Origin: Candidatus Poribacteria bacterium
Lineage (GTDB): Bacteria; Poribacteria; WGA-4E; PCPOR2b
Reading direction: 5' to 3'
Assembly (NCBI GenBank): GCA_003635265.1
Contig: PYIZ01000010.1
Location: 151,177 to 215,176 of the forward strand
Length of the DNA stretch: 64,000 nucleotides
Part shown: positions 55,057 through 63,996 of the stretch, in pieces
How positions within the stretch are numbered: the first letter of the stretch is position 1
Layout: the number at the start of each line of letters is the position of its first letter
Translations under genes and position numbers: made by a program
Notes under the pieces: generated by a model
What the model was told of the DNA's origin: nothing
What the model saw: the letters and a program-made list of their open reading frames with translations, nothing else
The model's database searches: none

Positions 55057-56172
55057 ATGGGACTTGATGTCGTTCAATTGACTAGGGACATTGTATCAAT
55101 AAACTCCGTCAGCCAACGGAGCAATAAGGAGGTTTCGGACCTCCTTGAAGATACACTAAAGGGATGTGAGTTTGAGGTTGAGCGTCTGGAATACGTCGAT
55201 GACAATGGTGAGCGAAAGGTAAGTCTAGTGGGCAAAAAGGGAGAGGGGGCCGATGGTTTTGGACTCTTTTCCCATTCAGACACTGTTCCCGGCTTGGAAG
55301 GCGAGTGGGACCCATTCGACCCAGTAATTCAAGATGGTCGCCTCTTTGGTCGCGGCAGTTGTGACATGAAAGGCCCGTTAGCTGCGACGATTGCTGCAGG
55401 CGCAAAGATCAATGCTGCCGATTTGAAGAAACCACTCTTTATTGTCGTCACCGCGGACGAAGAAATTAGCGGTGGGGGAGCGCGCCAAGTTGCAGAGGAG
55501 TCGGAGTTCTTCAAAGCGGAACGCCCTAAACACGGTGTCATTGCCGAGCCGACACGATTGACTCCCGTTTACGCCCACAAAGGAGGCGGACGCGTCTTCG
55601 TAACCGCGAAAGGTCGGGCAGCCCATACAAGCACAGATAAAGGTATTTCAGCGAACTTCTTAATAGCACCTTTCCTCGCTGAGATGGCGGAGTTGGCAAA
55701 GTTATTCAAGACCGACGAATCCTTCATGAATAAAGAGTTTAATCCGCCGACGAACGGATTCAATATGGTGCTTGATGACGGTGGCTGTAGACCAAACGTC
55801 GCTGCAGCGAAAACAACCTGTACCCTCAGCTTTAGACCAATGCCGAATGATCGTAGCGACGATGTCATTGCAATGATAACAGAAATCGCCGAGAAATATG
55901 GGCTTGAAACCTCCTCGAATAAAGGAACGCCGTTCTACGTCTCACCCGATGCTGAGATTGTCCAAGCGGGGTTGAAAGCCACCGGCACAACTAAGCCGGG
56001 GACAGTGCCATTCGGCACGGACGCCCACGCTTTCAAGAACCACTTGCAACTTGTTATCCTGGGCCCTGGCGACATTGTTCAAGCGCATACCGTCGGAGAA
56101 TGGATTGACATAGCACAACTTTCAGAAGCGGTTGGGGTATATGGACAGATGATTGAGATGTTCTGTATGTAG
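55057..56172 (+). CDS. M20 family metallopeptidase (acetylornithine deacetylase ArgE / succinyl-DAP desuccinylase-like)
   Basis: Start set to ATG 55057, 10 nt behind a ggag RBS. The longer ORF starts with TTG 55036. Motifs FSHSDTVP, GRGSCDMKGPLA, and ADEEISGGGA. Confidence 0.88.
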   Translation: MGLDVVQLTRDIVSINSVSQRSNKEVSDLLEDTLKGCEFEVERLEYVDDNGERKVSLVGKKGEGADGFGLFSHSDTVPGLEGEWDPFDPVIQDGRLFGRGSCDMKGPLAATIAAGAKINAADLKKPLFIVVTADEEISGGGARQVAEESEFFKAERPKHGVIAEPTRLTPVYAHKGGGRVFVTAKGRAAHTSTDKGISANFLIAPFLAEMAELAKLFKTDESFMNKEFNPPTNGFNMVLDDGGCRPNVAAAKTTCTLSFRPMPNDRSDDVIAMITEIAEKYGLETSSNKGTPFYVSPDAEIVQAGLKATGTTKPGTVPFGTDAHAFKNHLQLVILGPGDIVQAHTVGEWIDIAQLSEAVGVYGQMIEMFCM

Positions 56173-56269
56173 CATAGGGTAGAAGGAAATTTCCTGCTTT
56201 TGTCTGTTAGACAGGCTGGATTGAAATATCAAATGTGGCTCATGTAACAAGAAAGTGCAAGACGTTAAG

Positions 56270-56335
56270 AGAAACCGAGTTTTGAAGTCCCGCGTAGCGT
56301 GGATGCCGACGGGTCGGCAAAAAAACTCGGTTTCT
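56270..56335. repeat. Composite hairpin element, copy B (family 4)
   Basis: agaaaccgagtttt...gccgacgggtcggc...aaaactcggtttct lies 98 nt beyond the 3' end of the M20 gene. It aligns end to end with 27041-27106. Confidence 0.75.
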
Positions 56336-56380
56336 GTTGGACGATTTCTTAACATGAACCTCAGATGTTTGGAAAGCATC

Positions 56381-56408
56381 TTGACAGTTGCACAACTCGT
56401 GCTATAAT
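56381..56408 (+). promoter_or_regulatory. Near-consensus sigma70 promoter with extended -10 inside the 753-bp ORF-free region
   Basis: TTGACA-16 nt-TATAAT preceded by TGc (ttgacagttgcacaactcgtgctataat). The nearest downstream start codon with coding potential is at 56926. Confidence 0.55.
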
Positions 56409-56414
56409 GAAAAT

Positions 56415-56925
56415 CATCGTTGAGAGTATGGGCACTTTGTAGTTCGGCTAAAAAATTTTCAGTGGAGGAATTTTCTTTGTCAGCTACCCCGCCCTGAAGG
56501 ACGGGCCCCGATAAATCGGGATTAAGAAACTTGTCGCCTGTCCAACGGGACTTACGCTTGTCCCGATTTATCGGGACGCGACGCTATCTTGGTGCTATAA
56601 AAGTCCTAAGAGATAACGCGGTTTCTCGGCTCTGGCTCGTAACTTTACACACCCGCCACCGAACAGTCGCAGCAACTGTTTAGAAGGATTCACCGCCTAG
56701 CGGTGCTATCACGGCTTCACCTTCCGGGCGAAACCTCAGACAAACCACACCTTTCGCATCGAAGCGAGAGGGCAGCGAAAAACGAGCGTTTTTCCTAAGT
56801 CATCGAGTTACGGACTATATTCTATCACAAATCTATCTGAAAAGTGTAAGGTAGATTACAAAAACAACAAAAAGGGAGCGCAGTTTCCTCCTTGCCCTAA
56901 AGGGTGAGGCTTCCACTGCGAAGAC
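56415..56925 (+). other. Candidate long 5' leader or non-coding RNA (about 510 nt, no ORF of 60 codons or more on the + strand)
   Basis: The region lies downstream of the 56381 promoter. It contains several local hairpins (gaaaatt/aattttc, caccgc/gcggtg), the inverted pair at 56506-56577, and the motifs gggacttacg and ccctaaaggg, which also occur in other spacers. Confidence 0.3.
56506..56577. repeat. Inverted pair of CCCGATAAATCGGGA hairpins (family 5)
   Basis: ccccgataaatcgggat (56506-56522) and gtcccgatttatcgggac (56560-56577) share a 15-nt core in reverse complement. Each is also self-complementary. A 37-nt spacer between them contains gggacttacg. Confidence 0.75.
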
Positions 56926-57711
56926 TTGGTGAAAACCAATTTGCCGGAGACCAAAGAGCTGCCTCCTGAAGGGATGGTGCCGATTCCCGACGGTGAATTT
57001 CAGATGGGGAGCAACGACCCAGAGGGAGATAACGATGAACAATTGCTGCACACCGTCTATATTGATGGGTTCTATATGGACAAATATGAGGTGACCAATG
57101 CACAATATAAGCAGTTTGTTGATGCCAATCCGCAGTGGCAAAAAGATCACATTGATAGGCGGTTCTATGATGGAGGGTATTTGAGACACTGGAATGGGAA
57201 TGACTATCCCAGCGAGAAAGCGAATCACCCGGTTGTGTACGTGAGTTGGTATGCAGCGGTGGCTTATGCCCAGTGGGAAGGGAAACGACTACCAACAGAG
57301 GCAGAGTGGGAGTATACGGCGCGGGGTGGTTTGTCGGGTGAAATGTATCCGTGGAAGGGGAGCATTGATAGCGGTAAGGCGAATTACGGGAGAAATGTTG
57401 GTAATACGACACCTGTGAGTAAATATCCGCCCAACGGGTACGGTCTGTATGACATGGCGGGCAATGTGTGGGAGTGGTGCCTAGACGAATATCAAGAGGA
57501 TTTCTACGTGCGTTCCCCCCGTGCCAACCCAATTGCAGGCGGCACCATAACGAGTATTATAGATTATTTTACAAGTGCTACAACAGCTCGCGTGTTGCGC
57601 GGTGGCTCGTGGAACTATGGTCCGAGACTCATGCGCGTTGCACTTCGCAACTGGGCTTTACCCTCGAACACTTACGGCAACTACGGTTTTCGTTGCGTGA
57701 GGGCTCAGTAA
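56926..57711 (+). CDS. Formylglycine-generating enzyme (SUMF1/FGE-sulfatase domain) family protein
   Basis: 261-aa ORF with blocks MVPIPDGEFQMGS, HPVVYVSWYAAVAYAQWEGKRLPTEAEWEYTARGG, GNVWEWCLD, RVLRGGSW, and GFRCVRA. An in-frame stop at 56905-56907 limits the start to TTG 56926 or ATG 56974. No signal peptide. Confidence 0.85.
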   Translation: MVKTNLPETKELPPEGMVPIPDGEFQMGSNDPEGDNDEQLLHTVYIDGFYMDKYEVTNAQYKQFVDANPQWQKDHIDRRFYDGGYLRHWNGNDYPSEKANHPVVYVSWYAAVAYAQWEGKRLPTEAEWEYTARGGLSGEMYPWKGSIDSGKANYGRNVGNTTPVSKYPPNGYGLYDMAGNVWEWCLDEYQEDFYVRSPRANPIAGGTITSIIDYFTSATTARVLRGGSWNYGPRLMRVALRNWALPSNTYGNYGFRCVRAQ

Positions 57712-57764
57712 CCCTTTGAATCTTCACTTCTACTATCATCAAAGATCGAAAGGAAAAATATCAG

Positions 57765-58616
57765 ATGAAACTTGCATTTTTCAATGACTATGAACTAGGC
57801 GTAATCAACGGCGATCAAATTGTTGATGTGGCGTCAGCGCTAGGAGGTATTTCCTACCACAGCCCCCAAGAACTTATCGAAACACTTATCAAAGATTGGG
57901 ACGACCTACAACCCCAGATCGCACAAGCCGCTGAAGCAAATGCGGGAACGGCAGTCGATAGTGTACGTCTCAGGGCGCCCCTACCCAGACCCAATCAATT
58001 GGTCTGTCTTGCCGGCAATTATATAGAACCTGCTGCCCCCGAGCGAGGAGACTTTAACGCCTTCCTCAAATCTCCGACAGGTATCGTCGGAAAGGGTGAT
58101 ACGGTTCAACTCCCCGACACAAATGCGACTGTTTTTCACTTCGAGCCTGAACTCGGTGTAGTCATCGGTAAAACAGCGAGCCATCTCTCACAAGCTGAGG
58201 CGATGGATCATGTTTTCGGTTATACCCAGTTTATCGATGTGTCCGCCCGTGGTCTTCCCGGCGGTTTCTTCCTCGGAAAAAGCTGGCATACCTTCGCTCC
58301 GATGGGACCGGCGCTGGTCACTGCGGACGAGGTTTCCGATCCAAACGACCTCGGCATTAAGCTCTGGGTCAATGACGAACTTCGGCACGACTTCTCCTCT
58401 GATTCTATGGCGCGTTTCATACCAGAGGTGTTAGAAGAGGTTACCAAGGTTATAACGCTTGAACCCGGCAATGTCGTAAACACAGGAACCCATCACTATG
58501 CCTTGGCACCGATCCAAGATGGTGATAATCTGCGTCTGGAGATTGAGGGCTTTGGTCCTTCGCTGACAATTGATGTTCACGATCCGCTGAAGCGGACATC
58601 GTGGGAAGCCCATTAA
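57765..58616 (+). CDS. Fumarylacetoacetate hydrolase (FAH) family protein
   Basis: 283-aa ORF with an aaaggaaaa RBS. Motifs FEPELGVVIGK, FIDVSARG, GTHHYA. Confidence 0.9.
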   Translation: MKLAFFNDYELGVINGDQIVDVASALGGISYHSPQELIETLIKDWDDLQPQIAQAAEANAGTAVDSVRLRAPLPRPNQLVCLAGNYIEPAAPERGDFNAFLKSPTGIVGKGDTVQLPDTNATVFHFEPELGVVIGKTASHLSQAEAMDHVFGYTQFIDVSARGLPGGFFLGKSWHTFAPMGPALVTADEVSDPNDLGIKLWVNDELRHDFSSDSMARFIPEVLEEVTKVITLEPGNVVNTGTHHYALAPIQDGDNLRLEIEGFGPSLTIDVHDPLKRTSWEAH

Positions 58617-58618
58617 AC

Positions 58619-60283
58619 CTATTGCGGGCAGTACGCTGCCGCACTCGTAAAGATTGTGGGGACATTAATCACCGCTGGTCTCCCTGAGTCGGCAGCACGC
58701 TGCAGCGCGGGACCGATTTCATCCGGTTTCGTGACAAGCTCTCCGTAACAATCCAGTGCTTCGGCAACCCGCTCATAACTAACTGCCCGGAGATCCGTCG
58801 CAACGGCGCGATCCAAGCCGTAGCGCTGGATCTGTGGGTGCCTCACAATGCCCCACGCCTCATCGCTTGAAACGATTGAGATGATCGGCAAGTCATGCTT
58901 GAGTGCGGTATCATACTCGATGATGCCGTAACCGAAGGAGCCGTCACCGGTGATTAGGACGCTGGGCTGATCTGGTCTTGCCACCTTACCCGCCAATGCG
59001 AAGGGGACTCCCTGCCCAATTCCACCGATGGGACCTGTGAATAGTAGGTAGGGTGGGTGGTAGTGATCAAGTGCCATGTGCGAAAAGAGTGAGGCATCTC
59101 CGCCATCGAGGGAGATTGTGGCATCATCCCCGAAAAGTTCACGCACCTCTTTGCAGATACGCAGCGGATGAACAGGAACACTGTCGGAGTTCTCCGCTTT
59201 AGCGAGCCGCTCCCGAAAACCTTGACGGACGAGACTGAGTCGTTCAACCCAATCGGTCGGTTTGTGAAAATCGTGTTGGGAGACACCGTTTGTCATCTCA
59301 TTCAGGACGGGTTGCAAGTCACCGATGATACCAACATCAAAGGGACGGTTCTTTCCCATCTCCTCCGCATCAATATCGACGCAGATAAACTTAGCATCTT
59401 GGTGAAAGAGTGGCGGTTTGCCGTAGCTGATGGTTGTGTCAAATTTAACCCCCAACGCAAGAACGACATCCGCATTACGCAGCTCTTTTGAGGCATTGCC
59501 GAATCGCGTGCTCGCCATTCCAAAAAAGAGCGGATGCGGACGGGTAATTGCGTTGACGTCGCCGCCTCTTGAGAAAAACGGTATCCCCGTTGCCTCCACA
59601 AAATCTAAGAGCGCACCTGCGGCGTCCTGCCAGTGAGTCGCACCTGCGGCGATAATTACCGGGCTTTCTGCACCCGCCAACAGTTTCAACGCGCGATCTA
59701 TCTGCTCCGGATCACCGTGGATTCTACCGTTCGCACGAGAGTTCGACGGTTCGGGATAATCGATTTCTGCATCGTCGATTTTGTCGTACAAAACGTCATA
59801 GGGCACGTTCAAGTGAACGGGCCCCGGACGCCCTCCCAGCGCCTTACGGAATCCTGTGCCCACATACTCCGGCAGTCGCTCGGTCTGTGCCACCAACCGT
59901 GTCCACTTGGTAATAGGCTTGACCAACCCGGTCTGGTTATATTCCTGCGAACCGCCCATATCGATCTGGTCGGCATCACTGTTGCCACTTATCGAGTAGA
60001 GCGGGCTGCCCATCATGTGCGCCGTTGCTAGTCCATAGATCATCGCAGCGTGCCCCGGTCCACGTGTAACACCACTGACACCGACCCCCCCGGTGACCCG
60101 CGCATACGCATCCGCCATCATTGTCGCAGATGGATCCACGCGCGTATCAATGATCTTGATGCCATCGTTCAAACACCCTTCATAAATCGATTCGATCGTC
60201 CCACCACAGAGCGTAAACAAATACTCCACATTCTCTTGCTTCAGGACCTTCGTAATAATCTGACCGCCTTCCAAAACCGCCAT
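58619..60283 (-). CDS. Thiamine-diphosphate-dependent enzyme (acetolactate synthase large-subunit-like)
   Basis: 554-aa ORF. N-terminal Pyr domain with GPGHAAMIYGLATAH. TPP motif GDGSFGY...SSDEAWG. Confidence 0.9.
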   Translation of the reverse strand: MAVLEGGQIITKVLKQENVEYLFTLCGGTIESIYEGCLNDGIKIIDTRVDPSATMMADAYARVTGGVGVSGVTRGPGHAAMIYGLATAHMMGSPLYSISGNSDADQIDMGGSQEYNQTGLVKPITKWTRLVAQTERLPEYVGTGFRKALGGRPGPVHLNVPYDVLYDKIDDAEIDYPEPSNSRANGRIHGDPEQIDRALKLLAGAESPVIIAAGATHWQDAAGALLDFVEATGIPFFSRGGDVNAITRPHPLFFGMASTRFGNASKELRNADVVLALGVKFDTTISYGKPPLFHQDAKFICVDIDAEEMGKNRPFDVGIIGDLQPVLNEMTNGVSQHDFHKPTDWVERLSLVRQGFRERLAKAENSDSVPVHPLRICKEVRELFGDDATISLDGGDASLFSHMALDHYHPPYLLFTGPIGGIGQGVPFALAGKVARPDQPSVLITGDGSFGYGIIEYDTALKHDLPIISIVSSDEAWGIVRHPQIQRYGLDRAVATDLRAVSYERVAEALDCYGELVTKPDEIGPALQRAADSGRPAVINVPTIFTSAAAYCPQ

Positions 60284-60313
60284 AGTTTTCTCCTTATTTT
60301 AGCCCAAGCCGCT

Positions 60314-60339
60314 GGTAGTAGGCATGTTGTTCTGATGCC
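60314..60339 (+). repeat. GGTAGTAGGCAT...ATGCC hairpin motif (family 3)
   Basis: In ggtagtaggcatgttgttctgatgcc, aggcat and atgcct form a 6-bp stem. Lies 31 nt upstream of the start of the TPP-enzyme gene. Confidence 0.65.
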
Positions 60340-60348
60340 TGCGTTCCA

Positions 60349-60367
60349 AATGAATTAATGAACTAAC
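60349..60367. repeat. AATGAATTAATGAAC motif (family 2)
   Basis: attaatgaacta at 60354-60365 is identical to nt 3-14 of the window. Confidence 0.55.
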
Positions 60368-60431
60368 ATACCCCAATACGACAACAGATATATTGAATTA
60401 AAATGTAAGTGGCAACTTAGGTGATTGTAAT

Positions 60432-60923
60432 CTAATTCAACTTCGCCCGTAATTTCCTTAGCGCGACAAATGCGGGTTCATAATCCGGACTTTCAAATAA
60501 AGCACGTTTGTAGCTTGCGATCGCCTTATCCCACTCCAACCGATGCTCCCAGACACGCCCAAGATTCATGTGAGGATGACACCGTGCCTCGTAGTCTGGT
60601 GCTTCAATCGCTTTCTCCAACCAAGGGATAGCCGCATCATATTCGCCAAGTTGTATCAGACACGCACCGATATCGTTATAGGGATTACCAAAATCGGCGT
60701 CCAAACGAATGGCTTTGTGGCACTCATCAATCGAGTCTTCTAAACGCCCCATCATGCTATAGGTCCAGCCAAGCCATGTGTGTGCTTTCGCGGTAGGATA
60801 GAGAGCAATTGACTTCATGTATAGCGCAATTGCGCGTCCGAACTCACCACGCATCTGGTGTGCTTCCCCCTCAAGCAGGTAAAGCAACGCCTGTTCTCTC
60901 CGCTCTAGTTCATCTTCGTTCAC
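60432..60923 (-). CDS. Tetratricopeptide repeat protein
   Basis: 163-aa ORF with about 3-4 TPR units (AIALYMKSIALYP, AIRLDADFGNPYNDIG, AIASYKRALFESPDY). Confidence 0.8.
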   Translation of the reverse strand: MNEDELERREQALLYLLEGEAHQMRGEFGRAIALYMKSIALYPTAKAHTWLGWTYSMMGRLEDSIDECHKAIRLDADFGNPYNDIGACLIQLGEYDAAIPWLEKAIEAPDYEARCHPHMNLGRVWEHRLEWDKAIASYKRALFESPDYEPAFVALRKLRAKLN

Positions 60924-60984
60924 AGTAATCTCCTTGCCTCATCTGCGGGTCAACTTCCTTCCAGATTGATGAGCAGCCTTCACC

Positions 60985-63051
60985 CTACTGAAGCAGCTCC
61001 GTTAATTCCTCCACATCCGTCGTTGGTGCTTGGCACGTATAGTTCTCGCAAACATAGATTGTCGCCTTCCCATCAACCTGCGTCTTGCCTTCAAGGAGAG
61101 GAATCAGACCACCGACATCTTCTCGGTCGCTAGCCAAAGCGAGCACCTTGTTGGGAATATAACGGTTATGAACAGCTGCTAACGCAGCCTGAGTATCCGC
61201 ATTCTCCCATTGACCAGCAATCGCAATCTCTTTGGGTGTGGATAGGAGAAAATCGAGTTCACAGAGCATCTGCGCAGATCCACTGGGAGAATGTTCAATC
61301 TGATGGTAATAGACATCAACCGTCGTCTCCACCTTTTCCCGGAAATCTGGTCGATTGAGGAGTTTGTCGAGCCGCAGCAAATTATGGATAGCCATCGACA
61401 CGCCGGAGGGGGTTGCGCCGTCATAGCCCGTCTTCGACCGGACGATAAGGGTTTCATGATTCTTGCTTGTAAAGAAGAAACTACCCCTCTCTTCGTCCCA
61501 AAACTGCTCGATCATGATCTCATTCAGCCGTTCAGCCTCTCTCAACCACTCAACTACGAAGGTTGCCTCATAGAGATTGATTAACCCAGCAACAAAGTAA
61601 GAGTAATCTTCAAGATAAGCATTCAAGTGGCTTTTGCCTGCACGGTGTGTCCGGAGTAACAGTCCATCACCTTGGGAAAGTTCCGACAACAAAAATCTCA
61701 CAGATTTTTCTGCGGCTTCCCGATAACGTTCATCGCCGGTGACCTGATACCCCATTGCCATGCTCCGAATCATCAGACCGTTCCAACTTGTGAGAATCTT
61801 GTCGTCTAGACCGGGCTTAATCCGTTCTTCACGGACTTCAAAGAGTTTTTGCTTGCCTTCAGCAAGTATATCCTCTAACTCGCCCAGATCCATGCTCAGT
61901 TTTTTAGCAACCAACTCTGCCGGAGTCTGCACATGAAGGATGTTTTTGTGTTCAAAATTGCCAATCTCAGTGATATCATAATACTCGCAGAAAATCTTGG
62001 CTTTCTCCTCGCCGAGCAACCGTTCCACCTCGTCTGGCTCCCAGACGAAAAATTTGCCCTCAACTCCCTCGCTGTCAGCATCTTGTGTTGAGTAAAATCC
62101 ACCCTTATCTGCATCGTACATCTCAGCCAAAACGTAGTCAAGTGTTTCCGTGGCAACTTGGCGATAAAAGGCTTTGCCGGTTGCCTGATATGCTTCCAAA
62201 TAAGCGACGCTCAACAGCGCGTTGTCGTACAGCATCTTCTCAAAGTGCGGAACCAGCCACCTCTCATCAACCGAGTAGCGATGGAATCCGCCGCCAAGTT
62301 GATCATACATTCCGCCGCGCGCCATCTTCTCTAATGTCACTTCGACCATATTAAGCGCGTTAGCGTTCCCTGTCCGGTGCCAATGGCGCAACAACAGCGA
62401 GAGTCCCATACTCGGTGGAAATTTGGGCGCACTCCCAAATCCACCCTCATGATGATCGAATCGTGAAAGATAATCCTGATATGCCTGATCCAGCATGTCA
62501 GCCGTCAGCTGATGACCATGCCCCTCCATTGCAGACAACTGATTCAGGTTGTTAATAATCTGGTCCGCTTGTTCCCCCACCGCATCACGACGCTCACGGT
62601 ATGCCTCTGCCACACCGAGCAGCACACGAGGAAACCCCGGACGACCATAGCGGTTATCGGGAGGAAAGTAGGTGCCGCCGTAGAACGGTTTTAGCTCCGG
62701 CGTCAGAAACATGGTCATGGGCCAACCGCCCTGTCCCGTAAGCATTTGGACCGCGTTCATGTAGATTTCGTCCAAATCTGGACGCTCTTCACGATCAACC
62801 TTTATGTTAATAAAATACTCATTCATGATCGCGGCAATCTGTTCATTCTCGAAAGATTCATGCTCCATGACATGACACCAGTGGCAAGCAGCGTAACCGA
62901 TGCTCAACAGAATAGGTTTGTCCTGCTGTTCGGCTTGCGCGAGTGCTTCGTCACTCCACGGATACCAATCAACGGGATTGTGAGCGTGTTGCAGAAGATA
63001 GGGGCTCGTCTCGTTGATGAGCCGGTTGGTGTGTTTTGGGCTATCAGACAT
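60985..63051 (-). CDS. Thioredoxin-domain protein of the DUF255/YyaL family (thioredoxin fold plus six-hairpin glycosidase-like domain)
   Basis: 688-aa ORF. N-terminal [24 protein letters not shown] and [18 protein letters not shown] are hallmarks of DUF255/YyaL. Confidence 0.9.
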   Translation of the reverse strand: MSDSPKHTNRLINETSPYLLQHAHNPVDWYPWSDEALAQAEQQDKPILLSIGYAACHWCHVMEHESFENEQIAAIMNEYFINIKVDREERPDLDEIYMNAVQMLTGQGGWPMTMFLTPELKPFYGGTYFPPDNRYGRPGFPRVLLGVAEAYRERRDAVGEQADQIINNLNQLSAMEGHGHQLTADMLDQAYQDYLSRFDHHEGGFGSAPKFPPSMGLSLLLRHWHRTGNANALNMVEVTLEKMARGGMYDQLGGGFHRYSVDERWLVPHFEKMLYDNALLSVAYLEAYQATGKAFYRQVATETLDYVLAEMYDADKGGFYSTQDADSEGVEGKFFVWEPDEVERLLGEEKAKIFCEYYDITEIGNFEHKNILHVQTPAELVAKKLSMDLGELEDILAEGKQKLFEVREERIKPGLDDKILTSWNGLMIRSMAMGYQVTGDERYREAAEKSVRFLLSELSQGDGLLLRTHRAGKSHLNAYLEDYSYFVAGLINLYEATFVVEWLREAERLNEIMIEQFWDEERGSFFFTSKNHETLIVRSKTGYDGATPSGVSMAIHNLLRLDKLLNRPDFREKVETTVDVYYHQIEHSPSGSAQMLCELDFLLSTPKEIAIAGQWENADTQAALAAVHNRYIPNKVLALASDREDVGGLIPLLEGKTQVDGKATIYVCENYTCQAPTTDVEELTELLQ

Positions 63052-63671
63052 TATTTATTCCTTTCTTTCGACATATTCCCAAAGTCAGCAGATTCAGGTT
63101 GCGCTGTGTTACCAAACTTTACCCCGGCAACCTCTGCGGCGTCGGCAACCTCGCGCACAATTTGCATTGTGAGTTCTGCTAGGTGCTCCGCAAACATTTG
63201 GTTACCTTGTTTGGATTCTACCGAGTCACGGTAGCGAATGCCGCGCTGTAGTCCAGCCAATCGATGATTAGCAATGCCAAGTGCCGTGGTTACAAGCTCG
63301 GTTGGCACGTAAAGGGGGGCTGGCGACGATACTTCCGTTGGGTGTTCCTGCATTTCAGTTATCTCAATGGAATCACCCCGATGCGATTGGGACTCAGAAC
63401 CGCCTGCTAGAAACGTTTCTTGGTGGGATTCTATATGCTCCAAGACCTGCTTGGCTGCCATCTTTTCTGCCCAACGTTTAGATCCTTGAATCGGTGCAGG
63501 CGTGGTGTAGGTTGTTTCTCCATACTTAATGGTAACAACCCAACTCGGCTCGTTGGCTGTCCCTTGCTGATCCGTTGTATAGATTAAATCGCCTATCGCT
63601 CGTTTTTGACAATATTGTTGTAAGAGACCTTTGTAGTTTTCAATAGTCGTGTCACTGACCGCTTCTGACAT
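63051..63671 (-). CDS. Stand-alone double-stranded-RNA-binding-domain (dsRBD) protein with an uncharacterised C-terminal domain
   Basis: 206-aa ORF with a gggagg RBS. Residues ~12-80 fit the dsRBD consensus ([13 protein letters not shown]...[11 protein letters not shown]...[18 protein letters not shown]). Its TAA stop shares one base with the ATG of the downstream gene. Confidence 0.7.
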   Translation of the reverse strand: MSEAVSDTTIENYKGLLQQYCQKRAIGDLIYTTDQQGTANEPSWVVTIKYGETTYTTPAPIQGSKRWAEKMAAKQVLEHIESHQETFLAGGSESQSHRGDSIEITEMQEHPTEVSSPAPLYVPTELVTTALGIANHRLAGLQRGIRYRDSVESKQGNQMFAEHLAELTMQIVREVADAAEVAGVKFGNTAQPESADFGNMSKERNK

Positions 63672-63967
63672 TCAAACCTCCCAAGCTGGCGGTATGTCTG
63701 TGTATATCCTCCGATAGGACGAATAGATAGATTCGGTCCCTCTCGTTTCAATGGTAGTGTATCAAAAACCTACAACAAACTCAAGAAATTTTCGTCGTGA
63801 TTCTGCCGACTCAGCAGCGTAAGCATCTGTTCAGCACACTAAGAGAGGGAAAACGTCCAACCAAAATGGTAGGATACAGGAGTGAAATTGATGATTATTG
63901 AGGGTTGTCCATGTAGGTTTCCATAACTATTTTGAAACTATTCTGAGATTTTGGTTCATTTTAAGGG

Positions 63968-63996
63968 TTGCATTATTCGGAAATCTTTGCTAAAAT
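63968..63996 (+). promoter_or_regulatory. Sigma70-type promoter candidate pointing out of the window
   Basis: TTGCAT-17 nt-TAAAAT with an extended -10 TG (ttgcattattcggaaatctttgctaaaat). The target gene is not in the window. Confidence 0.3.

Noticed and set aside
27041-56577. The dispersed hairpin repeats as a CRISPR array
   Set aside because: The copies are scattered singly across the window and are not regularly spaced direct repeats with spacers. No cas genes are present.
56897-57532. 211-aa and 131-aa minus-strand ORFs overlapping the FGE-like gene
   Set aside because: Both are antisense shadows with Pro/His/Ser/Thr-rich low complexity. The plus-strand gene has clear family motifs.
57590-57711. 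Possible diversity-generating retroelement target: the FGE/C-type-lectin fold C-terminus is a common DGR variable region
   Set aside because: I found no template repeat matching this segment anywhere in the window and no reverse transcriptase gene. The C-terminal sequence looks like an ordinary FGE-family end (RGGSW...GFRCVRA).
62746-63234. 162-aa plus-strand ORF spanning the junction of two minus-strand genes
   Set aside because: It is antisense to the DUF255 and dsRBD genes and has no start-site signals.
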